A DNA stretch of 33,658 nucleotides from Gemmatimonadaceae bacterium (GCA_040902005.1 JBBDYA010000055.1:1-33658); one strand, 5' to 3'; positions 1-9,510 are shown, numbered from the stretch's first letter. The notes: generated from the letters alone by a model not told the origin. Numbers and translations are program-made.

Positions 1-289
1 GCGGAGCACGCCGGCGAGCGCCGCGATGGCGGCTACGGCTCCGCACCAGAAGACAAACGACCACTTTCATGAGATCGGCCTTGCTCCTCTCGATTTCCGT
101 GGCAAGATCCGCACGGGTGCGATCGACATGTGCCTCGATGCGCGCGAATCCCACCTGCATCTCGTGCCGCAGTTCCGCGACGTCGGCACGCACGGCGGTC
201 GTGTCGTCCATCCAGTTCACGAGACCCTCCCCGGCTTCGGTGCCGAGTACCTCGCGGAGCTTGCGAGCAACATGGGATGGGACGGGCAT
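1..289 (-). CDS. Small coiled-coil protein with C-terminal TM anchor (DUF1640/CCDC90-like); apparent +1 frameshift at 65-67; 3' end runs off the window
   Basis: Manual translation from ATG at 289: MPVPSHVARKLREVLGTEAGEGLVNWMDD...RADVAELRHEMQVGFARIEAHVDRTRADLATEIERSKADLMK. Removing one T at 65-67 continues as WSFVFWCGAVAAIAALAGVLR, a typical hydrophobic tail for this family. Not in the ORF track because it has no stop in the window. Confidence 0.7.
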   Translation of the reverse strand, partial: MPVPSHVARKLREVLGTEAGEGLVNWMDDTTAVRADVAELRHEMQVGFARIEAHVDRTRADLATEIERSKADLMKVVVCLLVRSRSRHRGARRRAP

Positions 290-376
290 GGCATGATGCT
301 AAGCGTACCACCAGGGTACGTCCGAGACATTGCGTTCCGCTGGCGTCCTCAGCCCGGTGCAGCTATTTCAGGATGC

Positions 377-898
377 ATGCAAGCCCCCCGACGGCGCGTT
401 CTCCCAGTACTTCTCGTCGTGTTGGTACTCGTAAGCGCGTGGGGCGCCTGGTCTGCCTGGCGACGCGCCCAGCGCGGAGGCCAGACGGTGGCCTGGGTGA
501 CATGTCCCTTCTTCGGTGAACCCGAAGTCGTGTTCCGGTCCGAGCTCATCGCACCGTGGGACACCCTGCCGGCACGCAAACACGAGGAAGTACATGCGGA
601 TCAGTGCCGCCAGCTTGGCCCGCTGCGTTACCGGATTCGTTCGTTGACGCCTTCCGGAAAGCTCGAGCTGGAGGCGCCTGCGTACTGCGCGTCCGCGATC
701 GCCCGGCTCACCTTCGACCCGGACTCGGAGTATGCGAGCGACCGCGTGCACACGGACATGATCGTGGGAATGAGCGACGTGGTGGACTCGAGCGCCGTGA
801 AGGATGCCCTGATGCGGCATTGTCCGGCGATCGCGTCCCAGCCTCGCCGCACTCGCGGGTTGCTGAAGCGCAAAGCGGGGGAAAGCGGGAATCGGTGA
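377..898 (+). CDS. Membrane-anchored hypothetical protein with HExxH (zincin-like) motif
   Basis: 3' part of ORF 26..898, from ATG 377 (MQAPRRRVLPVLLVVLVLVSAW...). N-terminal hydrophobic segment, HEEVH motif, downstream ELEAPAY, four Cys. Confidence 0.65.
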   Translation: MQAPRRRVLPVLLVVLVLVSAWGAWSAWRRAQRGGQTVAWVTCPFFGEPEVVFRSELIAPWDTLPARKHEEVHADQCRQLGPLRYRIRSLTPSGKLELEAPAYCASAIARLTFDPDSEYASDRVHTDMIVGMSDVVDSSAVKDALMRHCPAIASQPRRTRGLLKRKAGESGNR

Positions 899-917
899 TC
901 TCGAGGGTTATGTCTTC

Positions 918-2387
918 ATGAACGATCATCGGGGAGGGGTGCCCGGACGAGCGTCGCGCCTGGTGGCGACGCTCGTCGTCCTCGCCGCATGCTCGGACGG
1001 CACGGCGCCGCAACTCGAGGATCCGCTACCCACACCCTACCAGGTCTCGCCACGGGGGGTGCGCGTGAACGGAGTCACCCGCGTCCTGGTCATTCCCACG
1101 CGGCTCGCCGGAGGCGCCGCGCCGTCGATCACGCCACAGCAGCTTCGTTACGAGATGTTCGGCGGCCGCGACGATGGCCTGGTCTCGCGTGTGTATGGTC
1201 TCGCGTCCGGCGGACGATTCGCGCTGCGCGGTGACGTCGCACCCTGGGTGCAGACCACCGTCGCCCGCAACATGCTGAACATCGACACGCTCGCGGCGCA
1301 GGCCATCCGCCTCGTGGACGCGCACGTGGACTTCACTCGCTACGACAGCGACGGTCCCGACGGCATCCCCAACAGCGGCGACGACGACGGCGTGGTGGAC
1401 GGGGGGATCGCGATCATGATCCCCGAGCTCGACATGGGATGCCCGGGCCCCGGCATCCATCCCTTCGCCCGGCTCGGGTGGGGGATCGGCACCGGCGCCG
1501 AGCGCACGCCCTTTCCCACGGGCGACATCGGCGCAGGCGGCACGCCGATCGGCATCACCGGGTTCACGATCATGAGCGCCCGGGACTGCAGCGACACGCG
1601 CGCGAATGCGGCGCCGCTGGCACACGAGTTTGGGCACCTCCTCTTCGGGCTTCCCGACCTGTATCACCAGGCCGACGTCACCGTTCCGGCAAACGAGCGA
1701 TGGAAGGGGCGGCGGTGGGTGGTGGGGTGCTGGGAGCTGATGGCCGCTGGCAGTGGCTGGGGGGGCGGCGCCGGGGCGCCGCCGAGCGTGCGGTTGAACT
1801 CCACGTTCGGCGCATGGACGCGCCTGGAGATCGGCTGGGCGACGCCCACCGTGATCTCCCCGGACGTGGACGCGACGTACGAGCTGCGCGCGCTCGACCG
1901 CGCGGGGGGCGGAACAGTGCTCTCGCTGCCCATCAGTGACGGGGAGCGCTTCCTGGTGGAGTACCGCCAGCAGATGGCGGGAGACGTGGGCATCCCCGCG
2001 GACGGGGTGCTCATCTACCACGTGGTGGATTCGCTGCCGTTCTGGATCGATCCCGCGGGACCGCGCCGTTATCGCGTGATGCTGATGGAGGCGGACGACG
2101 ACGACGCCCTGGTGCGCACGTGGAGCGAAGGGGGCAACCGCGGCGTCGCGTTTGATGCATTCGGCGCGGCGGTGAGGACGTTCTCGTCGGCGACGCACAC
2201 CGGCGCGCGCCTCGCCGACGGCTCGATGCTCCCGTTCACGATCGACGAAATTTCGTTCGACCGCTCGGCTGGCCAGGCGTGGACCCGCATTCGCCCCGGC
2301 GCCGCCACGCGCGTCGTCCGCGCGAGCGATGCGTGCGTGCCACCCAGAACGTGTCTGGTGAGCCAGGCGCGCGTCAGCGCGCCGTAG
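918..2387 (+). CDS. M6-family (immune inhibitor A-like) metalloprotease lipoprotein
   Basis: Lipobox LAAC; VDFTRYDSDGPDGIPNSGDDDGVVD acidic loop; HEFGHLLFGLPDLY zinc motif; VGCWELMA; FLVEYRQ and GVLIYHV segments typical of M6 proteases. Confidence 0.85.
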   Translation: MNDHRGGVPGRASRLVATLVVLAACSDGTAPQLEDPLPTPYQVSPRGVRVNGVTRVLVIPTRLAGGAAPSITPQQLRYEMFGGRDDGLVSRVYGLASGGRFALRGDVAPWVQTTVARNMLNIDTLAAQAIRLVDAHVDFTRYDSDGPDGIPNSGDDDGVVDGGIAIMIPELDMGCPGPGIHPFARLGWGIGTGAERTPFPTGDIGAGGTPIGITGFTIMSARDCSDTRANAAPLAHEFGHLLFGLPDLYHQADVTVPANERWKGRRWVVGCWELMAAGSGWGGGAGAPPSVRLNSTFGAWTRLEIGWATPTVISPDVDATYELRALDRAGGGTVLSLPISDGERFLVEYRQQMAGDVGIPADGVLIYHVVDSLPFWIDPAGPRRYRVMLMEADDDDALVRTWSEGGNRGVAFDAFGAAVRTFSSATHTGARLADGSMLPFTIDEISFDRSAGQAWTRIRPGAATRVVRASDACVPPRTCLVSQARVSAP

Positions 2388-3756
2388 CTGGTTCCTCGCT
2401 CCCTGGTAGCTGCATGGCGCTGCCGAACACCAGCCGCCGGATGAACTGCTGGCGCAACAGCGACAGGCTGAGCGCCAGCTGTACGAACACCGTGCCGAGC
2501 GCGATGTACCAGATCCACTCGAGCCGGAACGCCGGCAACCGCGCGGCGCCCAGTACGATGCCGGCGAAGAGCACGAAGCGAGAGGCCGACGCGATGAGCG
2601 CGGGCATCGTGTTCCCCATCGCCTGGAACATGCTCGACGACACGAAGACCAGCCCTGACGGCACGAAGCTGAACGCCGTGATGCGCAGGTACTGCGCGCC
2701 GATCGCGATCGTCTCGGGGTTGCGCGAAAAGATCGCGACGAACCGCGGCGCGAACGCCAGCACCATGGCAGCGAAGAGCAGCTGGTAGCCGCCCGCCATC
2801 AGCGCCGCGTCGCGGAAGGTGGCTTTCACGCGCTCGGCGATCCGCGCGCCGTAGTTCTGACCGGCCACCGGCCCCACCGCGAACCCAAGCGCCACCACGG
2901 CCATGAACCCCGCCTGGATGACGCGCAGTCCGATGCCGAAGGCCGCTTGCGCCGGCGCGCCGAAGGGACGCATGACGCCGTACGTGATCACCATGGACGC
3001 CGCCATGATGGCGAACTCCAGCCCGGCGGGAAGGCCGATGGCGAGCATCTGTCGCCACGTGTCGAGCCGCGGCCGCCAGGTGCGGGGCTCGAAGCGCAGC
3101 ACCGCGTGCGCGGGGAAGTACGTCGCGAGCCACGCGATGGCGACCACCATGGCGATGAAGGATCCCATCGCCGCGCCGGCCACGCCGAAGGCGCGCCCCG
3201 TGCCCCAGCCGAAAATGAGGAAGGGGGTGACCAGCATGTTGAGGGAAATGGTGGCGATGGACACGACCATCGTGGGCCGGAAGTTCCCTGACGCGCGCAG
3301 CGCAGAGCCCATGGCGACCATAGCGAACTGGAGCGCCATGGCGGGGACGAACCAGGACAGGTAGCGCGCGGACTCGCGCGCCGTCGCGGAGTCAGCGGCC
3401 ATGGCCGTCGAGTAGGGGACCGCCACCGCGAGCCCCACCGCGAGGAAGGCGCCGCCGGTGAGCATCGCCAGCACCTGCGACTGGTTGAACAGCATCCGCG
3501 CCGCATCATGGTCGCGGCGGCCGAAGGCATGGGACACGACCGCGGTGGTGCCCACGCCGAGCATCTGCGTGAGGGCGAGCACGACGAAGGTCCAGTTGCC
3601 GGCGATCGCGACACCCGCCACTGCGGTGGTGCCGAGTCGGCCCACCCAGTAGAGGTCCACCAGGAAGTAGAGCGTCTGGAAGACCATGGTGGCGAGCATG
3701 AAGCCCGTGGTCTTCAGGAGATGGCGGCTGACGGAACCGGTGGTGAGGTCGTGCAT
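2374..3756 (-). CDS. MATE family efflux transporter
   Basis: 460 aa, about 12 TM. N-terminal DLTTGSV...VDLYWVGRLGTTAVAGV, AGQNYGA and FQAMGNT are characteristic MATE motifs. Confidence 0.92.
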   Translation of the reverse strand: MHDLTTGSVSRHLLKTTGFMLATMVFQTLYFLVDLYWVGRLGTTAVAGVAIAGNWTFVVLALTQMLGVGTTAVVSHAFGRRDHDAARMLFNQSQVLAMLTGGAFLAVGLAVAVPYSTAMAADSATARESARYLSWFVPAMALQFAMVAMGSALRASGNFRPTMVVSIATISLNMLVTPFLIFGWGTGRAFGVAGAAMGSFIAMVVAIAWLATYFPAHAVLRFEPRTWRPRLDTWRQMLAIGLPAGLEFAIMAASMVITYGVMRPFGAPAQAAFGIGLRVIQAGFMAVVALGFAVGPVAGQNYGARIAERVKATFRDAALMAGGYQLLFAAMVLAFAPRFVAIFSRNPETIAIGAQYLRITAFSFVPSGLVFVSSSMFQAMGNTMPALIASASRFVLFAGIVLGAARLPAFRLEWIWYIALGTVFVQLALSLSLLRQQFIRRLVFGSAMQLPGSEEPATAR

Positions 3757-3858
3757 GCCGGCGATAAGCTAGCGCCTGCGACCCGGATTGACCCGGGCTG
3801 CTTCGCGCTTCCCGGCCTTGCTACAGGGCGGGACGGAGTCGCACGGCGACGGGCGGCA

Positions 3859-6573
3859 TCAGTCCGACCGGAGGGCCTCGCTGGGACTCACGCTCACCGC
3901 GCGCAGGGCAGGGAGCAGCGTGGCCGCCGCCGACACCACGAGCAGCAACGCCGCCACGCCGCCGAGCACCAGCGGGTCGCGCGGCGAGGTCTCGAACAGC
4001 AGCGGGCCCACGAAGCGGCCCCCAACGAGCGTGAGCGCGAGTCCGATGAGTCCTCCCACGGCGGCGACGCGGAGCCCGCGGCCCATCACGAGCGCGGCGA
4101 TGCGCGACTTGCCCGATCCGAGAGCAAGCCGCACCCCCATTTCGTGGCGGCGCTGGGCCACGTCGTATGCGAGCATGGCGTACAGTCCGATCGTCGCCAG
4201 GATCAGCGCGAGCGCGCCGAAGGCGCCGAACATCGTGGCGCCCAGCCGCCACGACCGCTTCTGCGGCGTCACCTGGTCCGCGAGCGGCTGTACGCTGATG
4301 TATGGAAGGGACGGCACCGCCACCTGCAGCCGGCGCCGCAACTCGGGGAGCACGGGCGAGGGCTCGCCGGCCGGTCTGACCATCAGGCTTCTCATCGTGG
4401 TCCACGCGGGCGCCTGATCGATCGGCATGTAGAACTGCACCGCGGGATCCTCGATCAGGTCGAACCGGCGGCTGTTTTCGGCGATGCCAACCACCTCGCT
4501 GCACGGCATGGTGTCGCCGCCGATGCGCATGCACTTGCCGAGCGGATTCTCGCCGGGCCACCAGAGCCTGGCGGCCGTCTCGTTGATCACCGCCACGCGC
4601 GCGGCGCCGCCGTGGTCCGCGTCGGTGAAGCCGCGGCCGCGCAGGATACGGGTGCCGAGCGTGGCGAAGTAATCCGCGCCAACTCCCATGAAGTACGGCC
4701 CACCCTGCGTCGTGAGCGGCACGGAGTCGCGCCCGGGAATGCTGACCCGCTCCGCCCACGCGGACGCGAATGGCGTCGAGGTCGCGAGGGTGGCGCTGGC
4801 GATGCCGGGCGTGGCGCGCGCCGACTCCAGCAGTTGCCGGTAGATGTCCTGTAGTTCGGCCGCGGAATAACTCGTGCCCGCCGTCTGGACGGACGCCACC
4901 AGGACCTGCTCCGTATCCATCCCCAGCCGAAGCGCGTCCAGGTGCCGGAGACTGCGCACGAACAAGCCGGTGCCGGCGAGCAGCAACACAGTGAGCGCCG
5001 ACTGGAGCAGCAACAATCCCGTGCGTGTGCGTGAGTGTGTGCTACGTCCCCCCCCCTCTCGTGAGCCTTCCTTCAGTGCCGAAGCGATGTCGGTGCGCGT
5101 GGCATGCAGCGCCGGGACGAGGCCCGCGAGGATACCGGCGGCGAGCGCCGCGGCAGCCGCGTAGGCGACGACCCGGCCGTCGAGCGGCACCGGCGCCTCG
5201 TTCGCGGCCAGCATCACGCGCGAGGTGAGCAGCTGTCCCCAGTACGCGACCACGATCGCGCCGAACCCGCCGGCCATCGCGAGAAGCACGCTCTCGAGGA
5301 CGACCTGTCCCATGAGCCGGCGCTGCGTGACGCCCAGCGCCACGCGCAGGGCGATCTCGCGGCGGCGCCGCAGTGCGCGCGCAAGCTGGAGGTTGGCCAC
5401 GTTCGCGCACGCGAGCAGGAGCACCAGCAGGGAGACGCCGCCGAGCAGGAGGGCGACCTTCGATTCCGGACGGTCGCGACGCGCCTTGCGCGGCAGCACT
5501 GAGGCGGCGGTCATCTGCGCGTCCAGCCGCTCGATGTCCGCCTCGGCGCCCTGTGCGCGCATCCCCGCGTGCAGCGCCGCGGTGGCGGCCGCCGACGCCT
5601 GCTGTTCCGACAGGCCCACCCGCAGCCGGCCAACGACGCCGAGCCAGAATGCGTTGCGGCTGGCCAGCCAGTTCGCGTGTTCTTCCGCGGTGAGCGTGGC
5701 CGTGAGCGGGATCCAGAGATCGACGGTGCGCCGGGTTGTGCCGGTAATGCCGGCCGGCGCGACGCCGATGACGGTGTAGGCGCCGTCGCCCAACGCGATC
5801 GGCGTGCCGATGGCGTCGCGCCGTCCCTCCAGCTGCTCGCGCCAGAACCGGTCACTGACGACGGCCACACGCATGCCCGTGGGCTCGGCCGTCTCGGTGG
5901 AGTCGAAGAAGCGGCCTGCTTGGGGGCGGACGCCCAGGGCCTCGAAGTACCCCGCCGTCACCTGCATGCCGCGCGCGCGGCGCGCCTCGGCGCCGTGCCC
6001 CAGCGTGAGGTTGCCAGCGGTGTAGGCGCCTACCGTGGAAAACGCGCCAGTGGCGGCGACCATGTCCCGGTAGATGGGAAAGGAAAGCGCGGATTGGGTG
6101 GACGTGCGGCCCCCCTGCGTGCGGAGATAGCTGATCTGCACGACACGGTCGGGGTCGGACACCGCGGCCGGTGGGCGCAGGAGGAGGGCGTCGATCGCGG
6201 CGAACATGCTGGTGTTCGCGCCGATACCGAGGGCCAGGGTGAGCAGGGCGGCGATGGTGAAGCCGGGGCTGCGCCGCAGCTGGCGGATGGCGTACTTCGC
6301 GTCCTGCTGCACGGCGGCGAATCGTTCGATGGTCTGCATGTGATCTTCCCGTGCGTGGGCGGCGGCGAGGAGTTGCGCGCGTGAGTCGTGGGCGGGTCCG
6401 AAGCGGCGCACCGCCTCGTCGTATGCTTCCTGGCCGGAGTAGCCCAGGCGCGCGAGCTGCTCGGCGCGCAGAAGGAGGTGCTGCCGGATTTCCTCATCCA
6501 CCTCCGCCTCGCGCAGGGCGCGCCTGTGAATCGCGAGATGAAACCAGCGGCGCACTCCGGCCCGGATCTGCAT
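3859..6573 (-). CDS. ADOP-type duplicated ABC permease (MacB_PCD/FtsX x2) with N-terminal permease-prefix domain
   Basis: Start taken at ATG 6573 (MQIRAGVRRW). EVDEEIRQHL...AVRRFG prefix; QDAKYAIRQLRRSPGF...LALGIGANTSMF; LLACANVANLQLAR; RRHEMGVRLALG; P..ALRSD end. Directly downstream of padR. Confidence 0.9.
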   Translation of the reverse strand: MQIRAGVRRWFHLAIHRRALREAEVDEEIRQHLLLRAEQLARLGYSGQEAYDEAVRRFGPAHDSRAQLLAAAHAREDHMQTIERFAAVQQDAKYAIRQLRRSPGFTIAALLTLALGIGANTSMFAAIDALLLRPPAAVSDPDRVVQISYLRTQGGRTSTQSALSFPIYRDMVAATGAFSTVGAYTAGNLTLGHGAEARRARGMQVTAGYFEALGVRPQAGRFFDSTETAEPTGMRVAVVSDRFWREQLEGRRDAIGTPIALGDGAYTVIGVAPAGITGTTRRTVDLWIPLTATLTAEEHANWLASRNAFWLGVVGRLRVGLSEQQASAAATAALHAGMRAQGAEADIERLDAQMTAASVLPRKARRDRPESKVALLLGGVSLLVLLLACANVANLQLARALRRRREIALRVALGVTQRRLMGQVVLESVLLAMAGGFGAIVVAYWGQLLTSRVMLAANEAPVPLDGRVVAYAAAAALAAGILAGLVPALHATRTDIASALKEGSREGGGRSTHSRTRTGLLLLQSALTVLLLAGTGLFVRSLRHLDALRLGMDTEQVLVASVQTAGTSYSAAELQDIYRQLLESARATPGIASATLATSTPFASAWAERVSIPGRDSVPLTTQGGPYFMGVGADYFATLGTRILRGRGFTDADHGGAARVAVINETAARLWWPGENPLGKCMRIGGDTMPCSEVVGIAENSRRFDLIEDPAVQFYMPIDQAPAWTTMRSLMVRPAGEPSPVLPELRRRLQVAVPSLPYISVQPLADQVTPQKRSWRLGATMFGAFGALALILATIGLYAMLAYDVAQRRHEMGVRLALGSGKSRIAALVMGRGLRVAAVGGLIGLALTLVGGRFVGPLLFETSPRDPLVLGGVAALLLVVSAAATLLPALRAVSVSPSEALRSD

Positions 6574-6575
6574 TC

Positions 6576-6920
6576 CTACCGCGCGGGTTTCGGTTGCGGA
6601 CCGAGCACGTCCACCACGACCTGCGCGGTCCGGAGCCAGCGACGCGTTTCCGCGCGCAGGTGCGCCTTGCCCGCCGGCGTGATGGCGTAGTAGCGCGCGC
6701 GCCGGTTGCTGGCGGTCACCCCCCAGTCGGCGGCCACGAGCCCGCGCGCCTCCATCCGATAGACTGCCTGGTAGACCGCCGAGTCGTCGGCCGCGAGGCG
6801 TCCGCCGGAGCGGGTCTCGAGCCATTCGATGATCTCCACGCCGTGCATCGGCGCCCACGCGAGGGCACGAAGGACGAGCGTGTCGAGCATACCTTTGACG
6901 AGGGGAACCGCACCCGCCAC
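6576..6920 (-). CDS. PadR family transcriptional regulator (ADOP-associated type)
   Basis: KGMLDTLVLRALAWAPMHG...VYQAVYRMEARGLVAADWGVTASNRRARYYAITPAG; 114 aa; immediately upstream of the ADOP permease. Confidence 0.92.
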   Translation of the reverse strand: MAGAVPLVKGMLDTLVLRALAWAPMHGVEIIEWLETRSGGRLAADDSAVYQAVYRMEARGLVAADWGVTASNRRARYYAITPAGKAHLRAETRRWLRTAQVVVDVLGPQPKPAR

Positions 6921-6926
6921 GCGTGC

Positions 6927-6981
6927 CTCCAGAGTCTGGATGAAGAGTCTAGAGGTTACTGCGCGAAGCGCGAGGTGTCAA
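6927..6981 (-). promoter_or_regulatory. sigma70-type promoter and putative PadR operator for padR-ADOP operon 1
   Basis: Minus strand TTGACA (6981-6976), 17-nt spacer, TAACCT (6958-6953). Palindrome TCCAGA-G-TCTGGA (6928-6940) and a related AGAGTCTAGA site lie between the -10 and the start codon. Confidence 0.7.
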
Positions 6982-7094
6982 CGCCGAAGGGCCACGTGCC
7001 GATGAGCTGAGGCGGCCGCACGGAACTTCAGGGCCCGTCACGCGTATGGAGTGCGGCCCCCCCCCCTCGCCGGGCGCGGATCCTCGACACCCAT

Positions 7095-8345
7095 ATGCTC
7101 GACAGAACCTCCGCGTCATCCATAGGCATCGGGCTCCAGGCGTTGCGCTCGAACCCGCTGCGCACACTGCTCTCGACACTCGGCATCATCATGGGGGTGG
7201 CGGCGTTGGTATCCGTGCTCTCCCTCGGTGATGGCATGCAGCGCTATGCGCGCGACCAGATCGAGCGGACCACCGACCTCCATTCGATCAGCATCACCCC
7301 ATCGCTGTTCCGGATGGTGGACGGCCAGCGGTTTCCGCGTTCCGACGTCGTGCACCTCGGCGCCGCGGAGGCTGAAACTCTTGCGGCGCTCACGGAGGGG
7401 AAGGCCATCGTGACGCTGCTGTTGTCGGGCCAGGCGCTGGTCACTACGCGGTCCGATACCATTCCCAGGGCGGCCCAGGTGCTGGGAACGCTCGCGAACG
7501 TCTCCGCGGAACTGCCCGCACCAGTGGTGTTCGGACGGTTTTTCACCGAGCCGGAAGTGCGGAACGACGCGGCGGTGGTCGTGTTGTCTGCGGCCCTGGC
7601 GGCGCGCCTGTCAGGCGACGAACGCCCCCAGGGGCTGATCGGCGACACGGTGTGGTTTCAGGGCAACCCCAGATCGGTGATCGGCGTCCTCGGTCCCGAA
7701 ATGGGGGAACCCCAATCCCTGGCGTTCATGCCCATCGGAGCCGCACGCATGGCGCTTCCGCCGGCGCTCGTCGGCCGACCGGTGACCGCCGTCATCAAGG
7801 CGCACCTGGTGGAGGACGTGCAGCCGATCCGCGCGATTGTCGAACGCTGGCTCGCGCAGGAGTTCGGCACCACGTGGCAGGAACGCATCGCCGTCGCGAC
7901 CAATCAGAGCCGCGTGACGCAGGCGCAGCAGGGGATGCTGTTGTTCAAGTTGTTCATGGGTGCGCTCACCGGCATCTCACTCCTGGTCGGCGGCATCGGT
8001 ATCATGAATGTCCTGCTGGCCTCCGTGATCGAACGCACCCGGGAGATTGGCATACGGAAGGCCACCGGCGCCCGTCAGCAACACATCCTGTTGCAGTTTC
8101 TCTCCGAGTCCGTCACCATCTCCGTCGCGGGCAGCATGCTGGGGGTGCTGCTGGGCGTGGGTGCGGCATACGGCGTCACGGCGCTCATGCGACGGGAAAC
8201 ATCGGCGCAGATCCACGCCGGGTTCTCGGTAGGAACCCTGCTGATCGCCATAGGAGCGTCGGTGCTGGTCGGACTCACCTTTGGCCTGTATCCGGCACTT
8301 CGCGCGGCCCGCCTGTCACCGCTGGAAGCGATCCATCACGAATAG
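7095..8345 (+). CDS. MacB/FtsX-like ABC transporter permease (single module)
   Basis: ALRSNPLRTLLSTLGIIMGVAALV; ISLLVGGIGIMNVLLASVIERTREIGIRKATGA; GLYPALRAARLSPLEAIHHE. Confidence 0.92.
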   Translation: MLDRTSASSIGIGLQALRSNPLRTLLSTLGIIMGVAALVSVLSLGDGMQRYARDQIERTTDLHSISITPSLFRMVDGQRFPRSDVVHLGAAEAETLAALTEGKAIVTLLLSGQALVTTRSDTIPRAAQVLGTLANVSAELPAPVVFGRFFTEPEVRNDAAVVVLSAALAARLSGDERPQGLIGDTVWFQGNPRSVIGVLGPEMGEPQSLAFMPIGAARMALPPALVGRPVTAVIKAHLVEDVQPIRAIVERWLAQEFGTTWQERIAVATNQSRVTQAQQGMLLFKLFMGALTGISLLVGGIGIMNVLLASVIERTREIGIRKATGARQQHILLQFLSESVTISVAGSMLGVLLGVGAAYGVTALMRRETSAQIHAGFSVGTLLIAIGASVLVGLTFGLYPALRAARLSPLEAIHHE

Positions 8346-8850
8346 AACGGTGGCCAAGGAGGCGCATGACCCCCCACACCACCAGCGATAGAACGAGCGT
8401 CACGAGGACCGTGCCAACGATCGCGCCGACGACCTGCGCGCCGTCGGCGCCGTTTCGCTGGAGTGCCGCGACGGCCCGCTCGATGCCCGCGGAATCGACG
8501 CCCGCGTCGGTCAAGCGCTTTCGTTCGTGTGCGGTGAGGGCATCGAGCCAGCCAGGGTTGATCATGTGGTGATAGACCCACATGAATCCGATGGTGATGG
8601 GGAGTGACACCACCCCGGTGCCGACGCCGGTCCGGATCGCCAGTCCCAGCGTCAGCGGGGCGCTGGGGCGCGCGCGCTTTCGCTCACGCAGCGCGAGGGC
8701 AACGGCGACGATTGGCAGAATGAGCGCGAGCTGGTCGGCAATCAGGCCCGACGCGATGTCGGTCGAGTAGTACCCCAGTGCATGCACAACCAGCGTCCAG
8801 AGCGCGACCGCGACCCCCAGGCTCACTCCCCATCGAATTTCCGTTTTCAT
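8275..8850 (-). CDS. DUF4199-like 4-TM membrane protein
   Basis: 3' part of ORF 8275..9045, from ATG 8850 (MKTEIRWGVSLG...). ATGA-coupled to the tetR stop; hydrophobic helices; YHHMINPGWLD resembles the DUF4199 Y..INP motif. Confidence 0.7.
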   Translation of the reverse strand: MKTEIRWGVSLGVAVALWTLVVHALGYYSTDIASGLIADQLALILPIVAVALALRERKRARPSAPLTLGLAIRTGVGTGVVSLPITIGFMWVYHHMINPGWLDALTAHERKRLTDAGVDSAGIERAVAALQRNGADGAQVVGAIVGTVLVTLVLSLVVWGVMRLLGHRSIRDGSLPAVTGGPREVPDTGQR

Positions 8851-9503
8851 CCCGACCGTCTCTTGCGTGAGGGGGGAGCGGAGGCAGCGCCTCGTGCGGC
8901 GACCGCGGTCGCCACGCTGGTGACGAACAGCTCGCGCAGCTCCGGCACGAGCGCCTGATCCAGGAGCACGGGGTGGAGCCCCATGACATAGAGCGCGCGC
9001 GGAAGCGCGGCGAGCATGTCGATGTCGCGCGGCGTCAGCTGGCACGCGATCCCATTGGCCGCCACGCCATCGGTGATGAGTTCGGCAAAAAACCGCTGGT
9101 CGTCATCGCGGGCATCGCGCAGGCGCTCCGGCGGGATCGCGCGCAGGAGCGGCATGGCCTCGTCCGGGTTGTTCAGGATCGCGAGCAGCGGATGGGTCTC
9201 CAGCGATTCGAACTGGGTGCGAAGCAGCACCTCGACCAGCTCGGCCGCGGAACCGAATGATCGCTGCATCCGTTCGATCAGTCTCGCGCGAAGCTCCTGC
9301 TCCAGGTCGAGCAGCACCGCGAAAAACAGTGCTTCCTTGCTGGCGAAGAACAGGTAGAAGGAGCCCTTGGCAATGCCGACCTCGCGGGTGAGTCCTTCGA
9401 CGTTTGCCTTTCGCACACCATGACGCGCGAAGTGCGTCCGACCGGCCTCGAGCAGGGCCCCACTGATGCGCTCGCGTTCGCCTTCACTGAAGGGTCGTGG
9501 CAT
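8847..9503 (-). CDS. TetR/AcrR family transcriptional regulator
   Basis: MPRPFSEGERERI...LLEAGRTHFARHGVRKANVEGLTREVGIAKGSFYLFFASKEALF is a TetR-type HTH. Confidence 0.93.
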   Translation of the reverse strand: MPRPFSEGERERISGALLEAGRTHFARHGVRKANVEGLTREVGIAKGSFYLFFASKEALFFAVLLDLEQELRARLIERMQRSFGSAAELVEVLLRTQFESLETHPLLAILNNPDEAMPLLRAIPPERLRDARDDDQRFFAELITDGVAANGIACQLTPRDIDMLAALPRALYVMGLHPVLLDQALVPELRELFVTSVATAVAARGAASAPPSRKRRSG

Positions 9504-9510
9504 GTCCAGT

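Noticed and set aside
26..376. 5' extension of ORF 26..898
   Set aside because: It is antisense to the better-supported minus-strand gene at 1-289; the signal-like N-terminus begins at ATG 377.
6574..6858. N-terminal 95 aa of the 999-aa ORF 3859..6858
   Set aside because: Overlaps padR in another frame; family-like sequence starts at ATG 6573.
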